A stretch of 64,000 nt of DNA, taken from contig KV454011.1 of NCBI GenBank assembly GCA_001661245.1, positions 1,558,834 through 1,622,833 of the forward strand, given 5' to 3'. Within the stretch, counting starts at the first letter, position 1; each line of letters begins with the position of its first letter. This DNA is from Pachysolen tannophilus NRRL Y-2460 (taxonomy: Eukaryota). The translations under genes were made by a program, and so were the position numbers. Below the pieces are notes generated by a model that saw nothing but the letters and a program-made list of their open reading frames with translations, did not search any database and was not told the DNA's origin. Below, one piece after another: positions 10,861 through 24,413 of the stretch.

Positions 10861-13800
10861 AAAGAACCCTCCTCCACCGGTTTTCAACGAATTTAACAAT
10901 CAATCTGCAAACAGCAATCCGTGTCAAGATAACATTATACTTTGTTTGTTCTTCTTTTCCATGTAATTAATTCATGTATGAATGAATGTATTTATGTGGT
11001 GCACAATTATGCTATACATATTATTGACATAGAATTGCTTTATCGAATAGCGCGGCGCAAGTTGAAGTTAAGTTTTTTCTTTTTTACTTTTTTTCTTTTT
11101 TCTTTATTTTTATTAATCCTATTTTTACTATAACTACAAGATTGATTAGTTTTGAAAAAAATTGAATATTGAATAGAGAATGTGATATCAGAGTAATCAT
11201 TCATGATTAATGAAAAAATTTGCAAAAAAATTTCATTCTCCAGTGTATCAGAAAGCAAATTTTAGGTATATAAATATTTATATATATATAATTGCCTTTG
11301 TTTGAATTTTATCCCGAGCGAGCATTATATTTTCTTTTTTTTTTTTTTTTTCTCTTCTAGTTTAAGTCTGAACGTCACTACACATAAGAGAAGCTTGCTC
11401 TACACCAAGTAGCTTTGGTTTACTAAATTCGTTCACTTGACTTATGTATTGCACATCGATTGATTATTGGGATCAGCAATAGTGGGTAACATTAAACCGT
11501 ATTACAAAGCCTTAAAAATAGAAAAATAAAAATAAAAAAAAAACAAATTGTCTGTAAAATTTTGGAAAAATCAAAAATTAGATATTGTTACTGATACTTT
11601 TATTAAAAGAATCAGTAAGCTGATACATATCGGTATCCTTAATTATTAGATAAAAGGGATCAATTTCTATTAGAAAAATCGTTAGATTATTTTTTTGGTT
11701 TTTTTGATTTTTGTGATTTTTTGTTCTTCGGGATTCATACATAGTTTGAAGCCAAAAATGCAACTTTTACTACTGCATGTAGTCGATACAAAAATTAGTG
11801 TTGATGTTTCACGCTTCAGACATTAGTTGAATTTTTTTTTTTTTTTTTTAGGGGAGGCGGTGAATAACGAAAAGACATATTTGTATGACCCATTAATAGA
11901 GTTAAGTATCCCATTAATATTTTTTCATTTGGGAAACAATAAACGGGGTTTTAATTCAACAATAAAGTTAAATAGTTTCTCATTAGACTTGAATGAATTA
12001 TCTTTCCTATTTATAAAAGAGATATAATTCTTAGTCATGCAAGGTTAAATACAATTAGTTCCCAAGCTCAATTCAATAATTTTTTTTTAAAGTTTATGGA
12101 TTTTTTAGTAACTTGTAATTATGCTTTGAAAAGGAAAATACACATCAAATAAATTGATTGAGAGTTGTTGAAAGATATATGCTATACTTTAAAAAAAAAA
12201 ATTGATTTCTCTGTATCTTTTTGAGACACCAACAACAAGAACAATAGATGAAAAGCCTACAAAATATTGGCAACATCTTTCTGCAAGATATATTCAAAAA
12301 TAAAGAAAACTTTTCGTGAATATATTTTATGAATTAAAAGGAAATCTTAATGTACATGTTATGTAAGCTTACTAATAACTAACAACAACCTGTTTTATTC
12401 ATCATCATCATCATCACATATATATATATATATATTTATACTGAAAATAAAGGGGGAAGGAGAAGAGAAAGAAGGGGGAGGAGGGGTGTTATTACAAGTA
12501 AAATATTGTTGAGAATTGAAATAAAGAAGAAAAAAAAAAATTTCCCAATTCTTTCAAGCATATTAGACTAAATAATTTCGATCAAAATTCAAGATTTATT
12601 CAGCTTAGCTCAAGATACAATTTAAAATTATTTCACTAAGGACAAATTGTTAATTGTTAAATGTAAGAAAAAAAAAAATTAGTATCTCAATGAATGCAAT
12701 GAATAAAATGAATAGCAGAAGAAGGAAGGAAGGAAGGAAAGAAGGAAGGAAAAAAAAAATAAAAAAGATCAAATGAATAAAGAAATAATATGTAGTCATC
12801 AGTGCAAAGTACAGTGTAACACCACAGCGCAATGTATTAAAAAGTATCTAATAATAAAAGTACATGAAATAGGCTGGATAGCTGCATCAAAGACTTCAGT
12901 TTTTTTGTCAAAAAGAGTAAAAAGAAAAAAAAAAAAGAAAAAAGAAAGAGAGAACAACTCTAGATCTCACTTTTCAATTAGAGTGAATTTTCCAATTGAT
13001 GATGATAGTAATTCGGAGTTTGACAACTTTTTTCAACCAAGTAATAGTAATAGTAATAGTAATAGTAATAGTATACAAGATTTCAGAACAAGGCCAAAAA
13101 AAGAAAAAAGAAAAGAAAAAGAAATCTAACTGTAAAAAAGTTCAAATTCCCGATAAATTTTTTTTTTTTTTTCTTTCTTTTTTTCCTTGAATAATTCTCG
13201 TCAAAAGCTGGAACTTCAAAGATATTATTTACCAGGGAAATCTGTTGGAATTTCAAGTTTACGCAGGACTTTTCTTTAAAAAAGTTGGAAGCCGAGTCCC
13301 GTAATCGCAGATATGCAGAAAGAGCAGAGATGAGGCTAATTGTTTATATATAACCGTTGCCGTACTTGTCTCTCCTTTTAAATAAAAAAAAAGATCTTCT
13401 ATAATTTCTGTAGGAATTTAAGAGTTCAAGTAAGTATTTATGTTTCGTAAAACAATTTACACAGATTATACCTTGATTGATTACATTTTAAATCTCAAAA
13501 TGTGATACATAATAATAATAATATTTTTTTTTTTTCCCGAAGGAATTGAGATGTACATACATATATCGTGTATTAGTGTTTGTTGAAGACAGACAAAAAG
13601 AAAGATAAATAAATAAAAATTACATCTCATAAACACTGGACCAAAATAGAAAAACCAAAACTGGCTTTCAAGCATATTTATTGATTTATCCAAAAACAGG
13701 GCGTAAAAAAAAAATTTTTTTTTTTTTATTTTTTTTTTACTTGTTTGTTTGTTTGTTTACATACAATCAATACTTTTCAACATGAGGAAAGAAAAAAAAA

Positions 13801-15967
13801 AAAATAAAATCAGTCACAAGAAAGAGAGAAGATTCACACACACACACACACATATACATTCAAACATATACTCAAACATATACACTGAGTCACTAGTAAA
13901 CTTTTTGGGGGTGATGTTCCGCAGATGTCATTAAAATTCCGATTGGTCCTAGTTTTCAATTCCAACAATTCTGTCTCAGAGTCTTTTTCTTGGGAAAAAA
14001 AAAAAAATAGGAGTTAGTACTCCGTAGGTACATGGCAGGCAGTATTCAGCAATAAATCAGCAACAATCAGCACAAGCATTCAGAACAGCATAAATCAGCT
14101 TTTTTTTTTTTTTTTGAACTCAATTCGTGCTTTTTAAGTTGCCTAGATCTTATTGTAGGGGGACAATCTCGAAATTAAACTCCTGTCAGCAAGTAACCCG
14201 TTCTGAAAAAAGAAAGAAAAAAAAAAAAAGTAATTATTATATGTACTGTGTTCTGCTGATGTCAACCTCAGTCAACCTCAACCACAACCACAACAATAAC
14301 AATAACAATAGCCTATATGCTTCAGCGCATTTTTGTAATTATAATAAAAAGACGAGGATTCAAAGTGACAGATAGATTTTTTTTTTTTTTTTTTTTTGCT
14401 TTCCTGATAGGTTCCATTCAGTTCCTACTGATATTTAGGATGCACACTTATCTTAAAAGTCTTTTTTTCTTTTTTCTTTTTTTGCTTTCTTTCTTTGTTT
14501 TTGCTTGGACAATATTAGGGGACAAATAATCTCAGAATGCCGCAAATACTACTTCAAAGGTAAATAAATAAATACGTACGTAAATTTTATCTACATTTAT
14601 TCGCAGATTGGAATTATTTTTACGTATATTTTTCCTTTCTTTGAGGACGGAAAATGACAACAAAAAAATATATTCAACCAAAGGTTAAGATACTGTTGCT
14701 GAAAATGAGCAAATATCAAAACTGCTGATTAGCCAAAGTGGGAGCAAAAAAAAAAAAAATAAAATAAAAAATAAAAAAATAAAATAAAAAATATACAACT
14801 ACTCCTGGATTCTCACTAATGTCTGTCTGTGTATACTATACTATGTATATATACAGATTTTAGTATAAGAATAATAAAAAGAGAGAAAGAAAGTGCTTCA
14901 TTCGGAACAATTTTATTTTCTCAGAATTTCAGAATTTCAGAATCTCAGTTAAAAAAAAAAAAAAAAAAAACAAAAGAAAACAAAGATAAATAATAATTAA
15001 AGTTTAACTCTATTTTCATGCTTCAGGACTTATAAGATTATAGTTAGCATAACCTTAATACCCACTATGAAAGAGGAAGACATTATGTACCCTAAAATGG
15101 ATAGTGATATTGAGTGATCTAACTTGATCTAATATTTATTTACACATTAAGTTTACTATCGACAAATAAATAAAAATAAAAAAAAAAAATTTTTTTTTTT
15201 TTAAAAACATGCCGTTTCTTATATATTGTACACGTATTCAAAACATTGCTTTAACCTCGGAAAATAACCATTTTCATTGCTCCCAAGATCAGTCGTTTTA
15301 TTGCGAGAAAAAAAACCAAAAAAAATTTAATAATACTACTAATATTTGATACCCTCCATGTACGTATGTATGCATCTTCAAGACTCCTACCTTTACAGCT
15401 GCTGGAAATGTAAAATTACTTGCATATGGTACTAATGTATTTCTGCATACTTTACTTTAGAGTTGAACTTTAATTTATTTCTTCTTTTTCTTCTTTCTCT
15501 ATTTTTGCAGGATCGAAATATGTTATTTTTTAAAATTAAAAAAAAATGTCTCTCTTAACAACGTTAGCTACGGTGTATTTTTTCTTCTTCAAGAGAATCT
15601 CTTTGGAGTAGAAAAATTATATAAACTTTCTTTTGTTTTAATATTTACTAACACAATTTTGATTTTTTGAAATATAATCTTTACTCCTTTCTGTTGTTCT
15701 TGTTCTTTTTCTTTTTTTCTTTTTCTCTTTTTCTCTTTTTCTCTTTTTTTTTTTTTTTTCTTTTTTTCTTTTTTTCTTTTCTCTCTTTCTTTCTTGTTTT
15801 TCCATTTCTTTAGTTTCTTTTAAAAAATTATTATATTATATGTCAAGAGAACACACGGGAATTCATTCATGTCTTTTTTATGTATTTTTTCTATTTATAT
15901 AAACAATTATTCTGTCTCCTCTTGTTAGTTACTTGTATATAAAAGATCAACAACAACACACAGAGAA

Positions 15968-16105
15968 ATGTCAGACAATAATCCAGCTTCTTATAGCGAT
16001 CGCAAGAACCTTCAGACAAATCCACAGACAAGCAATGTTTTCCCTTTCCAAGGGGGACCTCAGCAGCATCCACAAGCTCAATTGCTTCAACAATCTCAGC
16101 AATCT

Positions 16106-16140
<35 letters not shown>

Positions 16141-18151
16141 ACAACAGCAACTGGAACAACAATTTGTCAATACAAGTATGAATTTAGTACCGGGGGGTCT
16201 GATAACTTCAAATGTGCAGCAAATAAACCAGCTGCCTCAAGTAATTTCTCCCACAATTCATTATGAACAGCGTCAGCAACATCGACAACAACATCAACAA
16301 CAACATCAGCAGAGATTTCTGCCTGTGTTGACTGAAGAAGCACCACCCATGGGATTAACAACGGGACTGGCAGCTGGACTGACGGTCCCTCTGCCCGTGA
16401 AGCATTCAATTGTAAAATTGGCTAGAAGAAAAAGGGGTACCGCTAGAAGAAGTTCCTCTTCTTTACAACAAATAAAACCAACTCCTTCAAAACCTCAAGG
16501 ACGACCTTTGGCACTGCAAACAAAAATAAGATTAACTTTAGCTCCTTCATTGACTGCATTGTACGATTTATTGATTTCAGATCCAATTAAAAAACCTGTA
16601 AGAGTTTTAAAACATGGTATTTATGGTATAGAAGCAACAAATAAAGAATTGGAATTAGCAATTAGTCCAACAGAAACTCAACCATCACTTATTGTTAAAC
16701 AAGTGATATTCATTGATAATAATTTATATAGACCTGAATTTGATAGTCAACAAAGTTCTAGTATTCCAACTTTTACTTCAATCGATGATGCAATATATTC
16801 TTTGTATGGAATTTCTGAATATTCCTTATTAAGAGTTACAAGAGCAGCAGCTACTGAACCTGGAGGAGCTGTTTTATTAAAAGTTGAAACTGCAATGCCC
16901 GGTGATATTCATTTAAACGATGACGAATTTGATGATGTTCTCTTTACAGAAAATAATAATAGTCCAACTATCGATACACTCTTGGGGAAACCCGGTGATA
17001 GACCTACAACTACTTTTCTTAAAAAAAAAGTAGCAAGACCAAGATATAAATCAGATATGAGAATTTATTTTTTACCAAGGGCAACAAAAGCTGTATTATA
17101 TATAGAAGCTCGAATGCTTCAACGTGATCTTTTAAAAGGTATTTTAGATTTTGAAAAAGATGATAGGGCAATACTATGTGCATTTGAGTATGAAATAGTT
17201 TTAGACGAATTTAAAAGTCAAAGAGAATTAATTAGGCAACAAAAATTAGCAGTTGAATCATCACTTGGTAATAGAACTAATCCATTCGCAAATGTCCTTC
17301 CGCAGAATACATTAAGTTCCACATCACTGGCATTAACTCCAATCCCTTTTCAACAACAACAGCAACAACAGCAGATGTATTCCAATGCTCCAAGTAGTTC
17401 GACCGGTTCTTTAGCATCCTTCAACTTACCCAATCAGCAATTAGCTCAATTTGGTAATAATAATAATAATGCTATTAGTATTGAACAACAACAACAACAA
17501 CAACAACTGCTGCTGCTGCCACAATATTCACCTTCACTTTCTCAAGGACCTTCTGAGACCTATCCAATTTTAGAGCCGGGCCAAACACATTTCAGAAGTA
17601 ATTCCGAAGAACGACAGCGGGTGCCTTTCATGAGACAAGTTCCACATCTTGCAATGCTTCTGCCACACCAGCAGCAGTTTGCTCAACAATACCTGCCACA
17701 ACAATTTTACTTTCAGCCGCAACATCCTCAAACTCAACCCCAAACGCAAACCCAGAACCAGCAGCAACTACAACTACAACTGCAACTGCTGCTGCTGCTG
17801 CTGCTGCAACAACAACAACAGCAACAAACTTATGTACAACAGTACTATCAACAACAACAACAACAACAACAACAACATTCAATCTCCCAACCTCAACAAC
17901 AATTTACATCTACACCATTAATGATTCCCCCTCCACAATCGTTTAATCCTCCTACAATGCCTGCTACAAGTTCAGGTTCAGCTGCTATGACCTCGGCAGA
18001 AGGCAACCAGGGAAGCACAACCGGTGACACTACCTATTTGCCCTCCCAACAATCGTTATATATTAATACCAACCCTCCTGGTACTGTATTTCCACCTAAT
18101 CAAGATTTTTCTACAGATTCATCATCTTCATCCCCACATTTCAAAAAATAA
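15968..18151 (+). CDS. Gln-rich putative regulator resembling Candida Aaf1/Cad1 (adhesion/aggregation factor)
   Basis: PolyQ N- and C-termini flank a central folded domain with 'KLARR', 'QTKI' and 'ARPRYKSDMRIY', recalled as similar to C. albicans AAF1. Preceded by a very long promoter. Confidence 0.55.
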
Positions 18152-18322
18152 CCAATTCGCTTTGTCATTTTTGACTCGCGAACTCAATCACTTATTATTA
18201 TTAAAAAAATACATTCAAAAGAAAATTAAATTACCTACTGTTTTTACGCTACTATAGAATTGTACTTTTATATTTACATTACATTTGGACGACCACTAAC
18301 CTTATATTAATTAATTAGTTAA

Positions 18323-18357
<35 letters not shown>

Positions 18358-19261
18358 CATTTCATTTCATGAAAACCATTCTTTCTTTCTTCAATATGTT
18401 CTATTGTGGGCTTTCATTATTTTGCATTAAACTTATGACCAGTGAAGTAAAAAAGCTTTTTAATTTTTTTTTTAATTTTTTTAATTATTTAATTTTTTAA
18501 TTATTTTCATTTTTTTATTTATTTCTACTTCCTGTGTGTTCCTATGCAGACTTTTATGAAGGCATCAGGACTACATTAATGAGAAGAGGTAACCAGAGAT
18601 ATAGATTAAACCAAGGAAACCTCTCAGAACCGTGTGTACAAGCTTTCTTCTTAGTTGCGGGAACTCACAAAAAAAGCATTTAATTAGATTTATAAAACGC
18701 ATAGATAAGAACAGAATCAAACAAACAAACAAACAAATAAACGAACAAACAAACAAAAAAAAAAACTACAACAACCAATCAACCAACCAATTAACCAACC
18801 AAACAATATTAATTAAAACTAGATCCTAGAACCTTACTAATGTACACTGTACTGTTATGCCTTCTCTGTTCAACTTTCAAATCATCTGCTCTGAAGCATA
18901 AAAAGGTTCAAAGACTGCAACATTTACCGGCCAGCAAACGTCGCCAGCGGAATGTGTTTCCTGATTAGGAATGTTGAATTCTCATCGGAAAATTTTGCAA
19001 AAAGGCAGCAGAATGAGAAAAATGGAAAGATGAGAAGATGGAAAGATGAGATAGTTCAGTGATGAGAAGATATAATATTGGAATGAAGGCATTGGAAAGT
19101 AACGAAAGTAAACGGTAGTTTTTTTTTNNNNTTTTTTTTTTTTCGTCTTTTTCTTGGTTTTTCCCGAGTAATGGATTTTTTTGTTGATAAGAGTTAATGA
19201 CCGAAGTAGTAATTGTAATTGTTTTAACGAGAGTGTGAATTTTTTCTTTTTTTTTTGGAAA

Positions 19262-20308
19262 ATGGAGGCAGCAGAAGTTTTATACGAAAATGGTAAATCT
19301 GAAGGTCTCTTGTATTTGAAAGAAGAAGATAGGATCAGATTAACTGTGAGAAAATTGGTTGTATCATTGACTAATGGGGAAGGAAAGAAGAATAAGAAAA
19401 GAAAGTTTGTGCCCAATTTTTTATCTAGTCGAAGAAGACAAGATAAGAAGTATACGATAGATATTGAAGCTAATGATAATTTTCAAAAAATTGTTAATGA
19501 TGTTAATATTGAAGTTAATCCGGGGGAAATAGTAGCTATACTTGGAGCTTCTGGTTCTGGAAAGACAACACTTTTAAATACTTTATCACAAAGGGTGACT
19601 TCAAATGCTTCATTTCAGTTTAGAGGTATGATTAAATATAATTCTACTTCAAAAATTGAAAATATTCGTTATTCTTATATGTTACAATCAGATTTTTTTT
19701 TACCTAATTTAACAGTTTTAGAAACTTTACAATTTGCTGCTGATTTAAAATTACCAAAAAATTTTTCAAAACAAGATAAAAAATTATTAATAAATACCAT
19801 TATTGATCAGTTAGGATTATCAAGAATTCAAAATTCTATGATTTTAAGTAATTCAGGAACTACAAATTTATCTGGAGGTGAACAAAGATTAGTTAGTTTA
19901 GCATTACAATTATTGAATAAACCTGGTTTATTATTCTTGGATGAACCTACAACTGGGTTGGATTCAACTAGTTCATATCGATTACTTTCTGTTTTACATA
20001 CCTTGGCAAAGAGTCTTGGAATATCCATCATATTAACTATACATCAGCCAAGATATGAAATTTTAGAGAAATTAGATAAATTGACAATTTTAGCAAAAGG
20101 TGGGAATGTTATTTATTATGGGAAAGTTGAAAGTTCTATTGAATATTTCGCTCAATTAGGCTATGAATGTCCTTCTTATACAAATCTAACTGACTTTATT
20201 CTTGATTTATCGGTTAAAGATGTATCATCAGAGGAACTGGAATTAAAAAGTTCTTTAAGAGTTGAAAGATTAATTCAAAAATGGAAATCATATGAAAATT
20301 TGGTCTTA

Positions 20309-20343
<35 letters not shown>

Positions 20344-23245
20344 TAATATAACTTACGTTGATACTTTTTGCAATAAAGATGAAAATAATGTTAAACAGTC
20401 ATCAAAAAATAAAATAAGCATATGGAAAGAAATTAAAGTGTTGACAAAGAGAACATTTATCTTATCTGTGAGAGATACATACTCTTTGTCAATGTTACTT
20501 GGAAGTATAATTGTTATGGCCTTTGCATGTGGATGGTTATTTTACAAACCTACTCCAGATATTGCAGGTATAAGAACTATAGAATCACAATTATATGTCA
20601 TGCAAGAAGTTGTTGGTTTTGTACCGTTATTTTTTGAAATATCAAGGTTATGCAGTGCAGATGGGAAAGCTTTTTATAGAGAAAAGAATGAAGGTATCAT
20701 ATCCGTTTTTGGATGGCTAGTAAGCCGAAGAATTGCAAAATTTTTTGTTGAAGACTTTGCTATTTCTTTAATTTTTAGTGTAATTTCATATTTTATGTGG
20801 GGGCTAAGAACTGAAGGTAGCGCTTCTTATTTTTTGATATTTTTTTCTAATGCTTTATTGGTTAACTTAACAGGTATGACATGTGCCATGTTATGCTTTG
20901 CATTGGGTACCGATTTCTCAACCGCAAGTTTGGTTTCTAATTTATTTTACCAATTGCAAAATAATGGTGGTGGGTTTTTCGTCAATTCCAAGTCAATGCC
21001 AGTTTACGTTAGATGGGTGAAATATATATCTTACTTCTGGTATAGTTATGGAGCTCTAGCTTCTAACCAGTTTTCTAATTGGAGAGGTGATTGCATAGGA
21101 ACGGATGAAGAATGTTTAGAATACACTGGTGAATATATTTTGAAAACTTTGGGCTTTTCGGAAAATTTTATAAAATTACCAATTTCCATTCTTGTTGCGT
21201 GGTGCTTTTGTTTTTACCTGGCTGCTGGAATAATTTTAAAGTATAAGAATACTGATGTTACTATGTCAAAACCAAAAGTCAGTAAATTGATTAAGATGAA
21301 GTCAGGACCAAATGAGAAAGAGGAAACAATTACCCAAGAGCATCTCACAAATGGTATAAATGGAATAGATATTACTCTCAAAGATATCCAGTTATGGGTA
21401 ATGCCTAAGACTTTTCAATTTGGAATATTCACAATCTTATACGAATGGGCTATTGATAAATTTTTCAAAAAGAAAAATGTTACAACTATAGAAAAGCTTG
21501 AGAAGAAAAAAAATTCAAAAAAATTGTTAAATAATATTTCAGCATCTTTTAAATCTGGAAAGGTCAATGCTATATTAGGGCCTTCAGGAAGTGGGAAATC
21601 AACTTTGCTAAATCTTTTGGCAGGAAGATTATCAAAGAATTACAATTTCATAAGTTCAGGTGAATTTTTCATAAATAATGCTCCGTTGAAACAAGGTACT
21701 TCGTTTGGAAAATTTTGTTCCTACGTTTTACAACATGATACACATTTAATACCAAATTTAACAGTTAAAGAGACATTATATTTTCAAGCTAAGTTGAGGT
21801 TACCAAAGGAATTGAAGGATGACGATACTAAGTTAAACAATATAGTTGATGATTTGATCAATAAAATTGGATTAAAAGATTGCGAAAACATTTTAATTGG
21901 AGATGAATTGAACAAAGGATTAAGTGGTGGAGAGAAAAAACGTGTTTCGATAGCAATCCAATTATTGGATAAAAGTAGGATTTTATTATTGGATGAACCA
22001 ACATCAGGCCTAGATTCATTTACTGCTTCTCAAATTCTTGAATTGTTGAATCAATTGGCTACTGAAGATAATAAAACTATTATATTAACGATACATCAAC
22101 CTAAAGCAGAGTTATTCAATCATTTTGGGAATATCTTGTTATTAAGCAGAGGTGGGAATGTTGTTTATAATGATAATATAAAAGAAATCTCCACTTATTT
22201 CCAAAATTTGGGATTTGAGTGTCCAAAGATGGTCAATATTGCCGATTTTGTGTTGGATTTAGTTTCACAAAATGTTGATGAGGATTTGAAAACTTCAAAT
22301 GATAGAGTTAAAAAGTTGATAAACTCATGGTCTGAAAAACAAAATAACAAAGTTGTTAATTCTTTAAATACTTCTGGTGAATATCAAGAATTATCTAATT
22401 TGATTATAAGGAAATCAAAGTCAAGTTTTACAGACTGTTTCGTAACCGTGACCAAAAGACAAATGTTGACCATGTTTAGAAACCCTAACGTGATTTTTTG
22501 TAGAGTTATTCAAGTATTAGGACTTGGTGTTCTTCAAGCATTGTTCTTCAGTCCTTTGAGTAATTCAGCTGATAGTATTTCCAATAGATTGGGGTTGATT
22601 CAAGAAGTAATGAATTTATATTATGTGGGATTCATCAACAATGTCACCTTATATCCAACTGAAAAAAATTATTTTTACTCAGATTATACAGATCAAATTT
22701 ACGATATAGAAGCATTTTTCTTTGCTTACCTTTCAGTGGAACTACCTTCAGAGATCTTAACAAGTGCAGTATTTGCAGTATTGGTTTCCATCGTGCCTGG
22801 TTTGCCAAGAACTGCTGAAATGTATTTCACCACTTTTTACGTCTCATTCATATGCATCAACACTGGAGAATCTCTAGGAATCATAATCAATACATGTTTT
22901 GATAAGTTGGAAATTGCAGTCAACGTCTTGGCAAATATCATGATTGTTGTTATCTTCATGGCCGGTACGATGTCGTTAACCCTGCCGAAATTTTTCAAAG
23001 CTTGGAACTACATAAGCCCGTTGAAGTATTCAGTTGGAAGCGTCTCCAAATTAGCATTTGAAAACCAAGAGTTTGTTTGTGAGGTTGGTGACTCCTGTAG
23101 CTTACACACCGGTAACGCTGTCTTGCAATACTACGGGTTGAATTGTGATTACAAGACTTTCATGGGTGCTTTAGCAGTAGTACTTGTAGCCTACAGAATC
23201 CTCAGTTATTTATCACTATGTTTGAAACTTAGAATGAGTAGATAG
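19262..23245 (+). CDS. Full-size ABCG transporter (NBD-TMD)2, YOL075C-like
   Basis: Two Walker A motifs (GASGSGKT, GPSGSGKS), two LSGGE signatures, two LDEPT Walker B motifs and two TM regions. Start at ATG 19262. Confidence 0.88.
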
Positions 23246-23600
23246 ATTGACTATACAGCAATAAAAACAATCACCACTCGCATATATACCTTTGTTCTAC
23301 TCGTAGATATAGATAGATCTCGTAGATGAATCACATACCTTTCCTCTCTCTATTCTGGACAAGATGAGCAATTTCTAAGAGGTTTGGCAGACCGCGATAA
23401 AACCCGATAAGGCAAAGGAATTAAATATAAATCAGAAAAGGTTTATATTTATTACCATAATATAAAAAGCAAGAACTAACAAAGAATTTATCTAATTTAA
23501 TCCATCTTTGAATATAGCAGGCGTATCTACATTGAATTGAGTCATCAGTGAATAAAGGAAATAGAATTAGAAGAGAGAAAAAAAAAAGGAAAAAAAAGAC

Positions 23601-24146
23601 ATGGCTGAAGTTAATAGATATTGCTTATTATTTTTGCTTTTTGTTTCAACTATTGTTGCGCTTCCCTTTAATGTTATAAGTCCTTTTCTTAAGGAGGTAG
23701 CAGCAGCTTTACCAGGTGAAAAGCCTGTTCCAGGTGATTCTCCAGTATCTATTTGTGATTCTGATCAAGCTCAGATTTTGTCTTTGACTTCATTAGTGAT
23801 TTCTCCAAATCCTCCTGTTAGAAACCTGAATTTAACGATAAGCGCTCTTGGTGTCTTAGATAAGACTATTGAAGATGGCGCTTACGTTGAGGTTGATGTT
23901 AGATACGGTTATATTAAGTTATTGCACCAAATCTTTGATATCTGTGAAGAAATCCAACAAGTCAATATGACTTGTCCAATTGAGAAAGGTGAACATGATA
24001 TTACAAAAGAAGTTGAAATTCCAAATGAGGTTCCTCCAGGTAAATATGTCGTTTACGCTAGAGCTTATACAAAAGATGACGAATTTATCGCTTGCATTAC
24101 TGGTACTGTTGAGTTCCCTATCCAAAACGGAATCTTTGGCTTTTAA
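23601..24146 (+). CDS. NPC2: ML-domain sterol/phospholipid transfer protein
   Basis: Signal peptide, 'PGDSPVSIC', 'PNPP', 'VEVDVRYGYIKLL', 'CPIEKG', 'IPNEVPPGKY'. Confidence 0.9.
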   Translation: MAEVNRYCLLFLLFVSTIVALPFNVISPFLKEVAAALPGEKPVPGDSPVSICDSDQAQILSLTSLVISPNPPVRNLNLTISALGVLDKTIEDGAYVEVDVRYGYIKLLHQIFDICEEIQQVNMTCPIEKGEHDITKEVEIPNEVPPGKYVVYARAYTKDDEFIACITGTVEFPIQNGIFGF

Positions 24147-24413
24147 TGAAACTTAATATTACATTATGTACTTTTTTTCTTCTTTCTTTTTTTTTTTTTT
24201 TTATTATTATTATTATTGAATTATTTGAATTATTTGAAAGTTATTGATTATTTTCTACAAATTATTTTAGTTGCTAGAAGTACCAAGACCTTATGTCTCC
24301 ATGTGTGTATTTCCTTTCCCCTTTTCTGATAGCCGAATCATCCATCAATGTAAAAAAAAAATGCTTATAATTAATTATATTGAGCTGTAAAATTATAAAT
24401 AATGCTTTAAAAA

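Noticed and set aside
10464..10970. Several ORFs spanning the N run
   Set aside because: They are artefacts of translating N as X.
13985..14020. Minus-strand TACTAAC, poly-T and AG resembling an intron 3' end
   Set aside because: No nearby donor and no convincing exon ORF; cannot be supported without RNA data.
11578..14529. Many 60-120 aa ORFs in the long intergenic region
   Set aside because: Made of poly-A/T and microsatellite translations with no coding signature.
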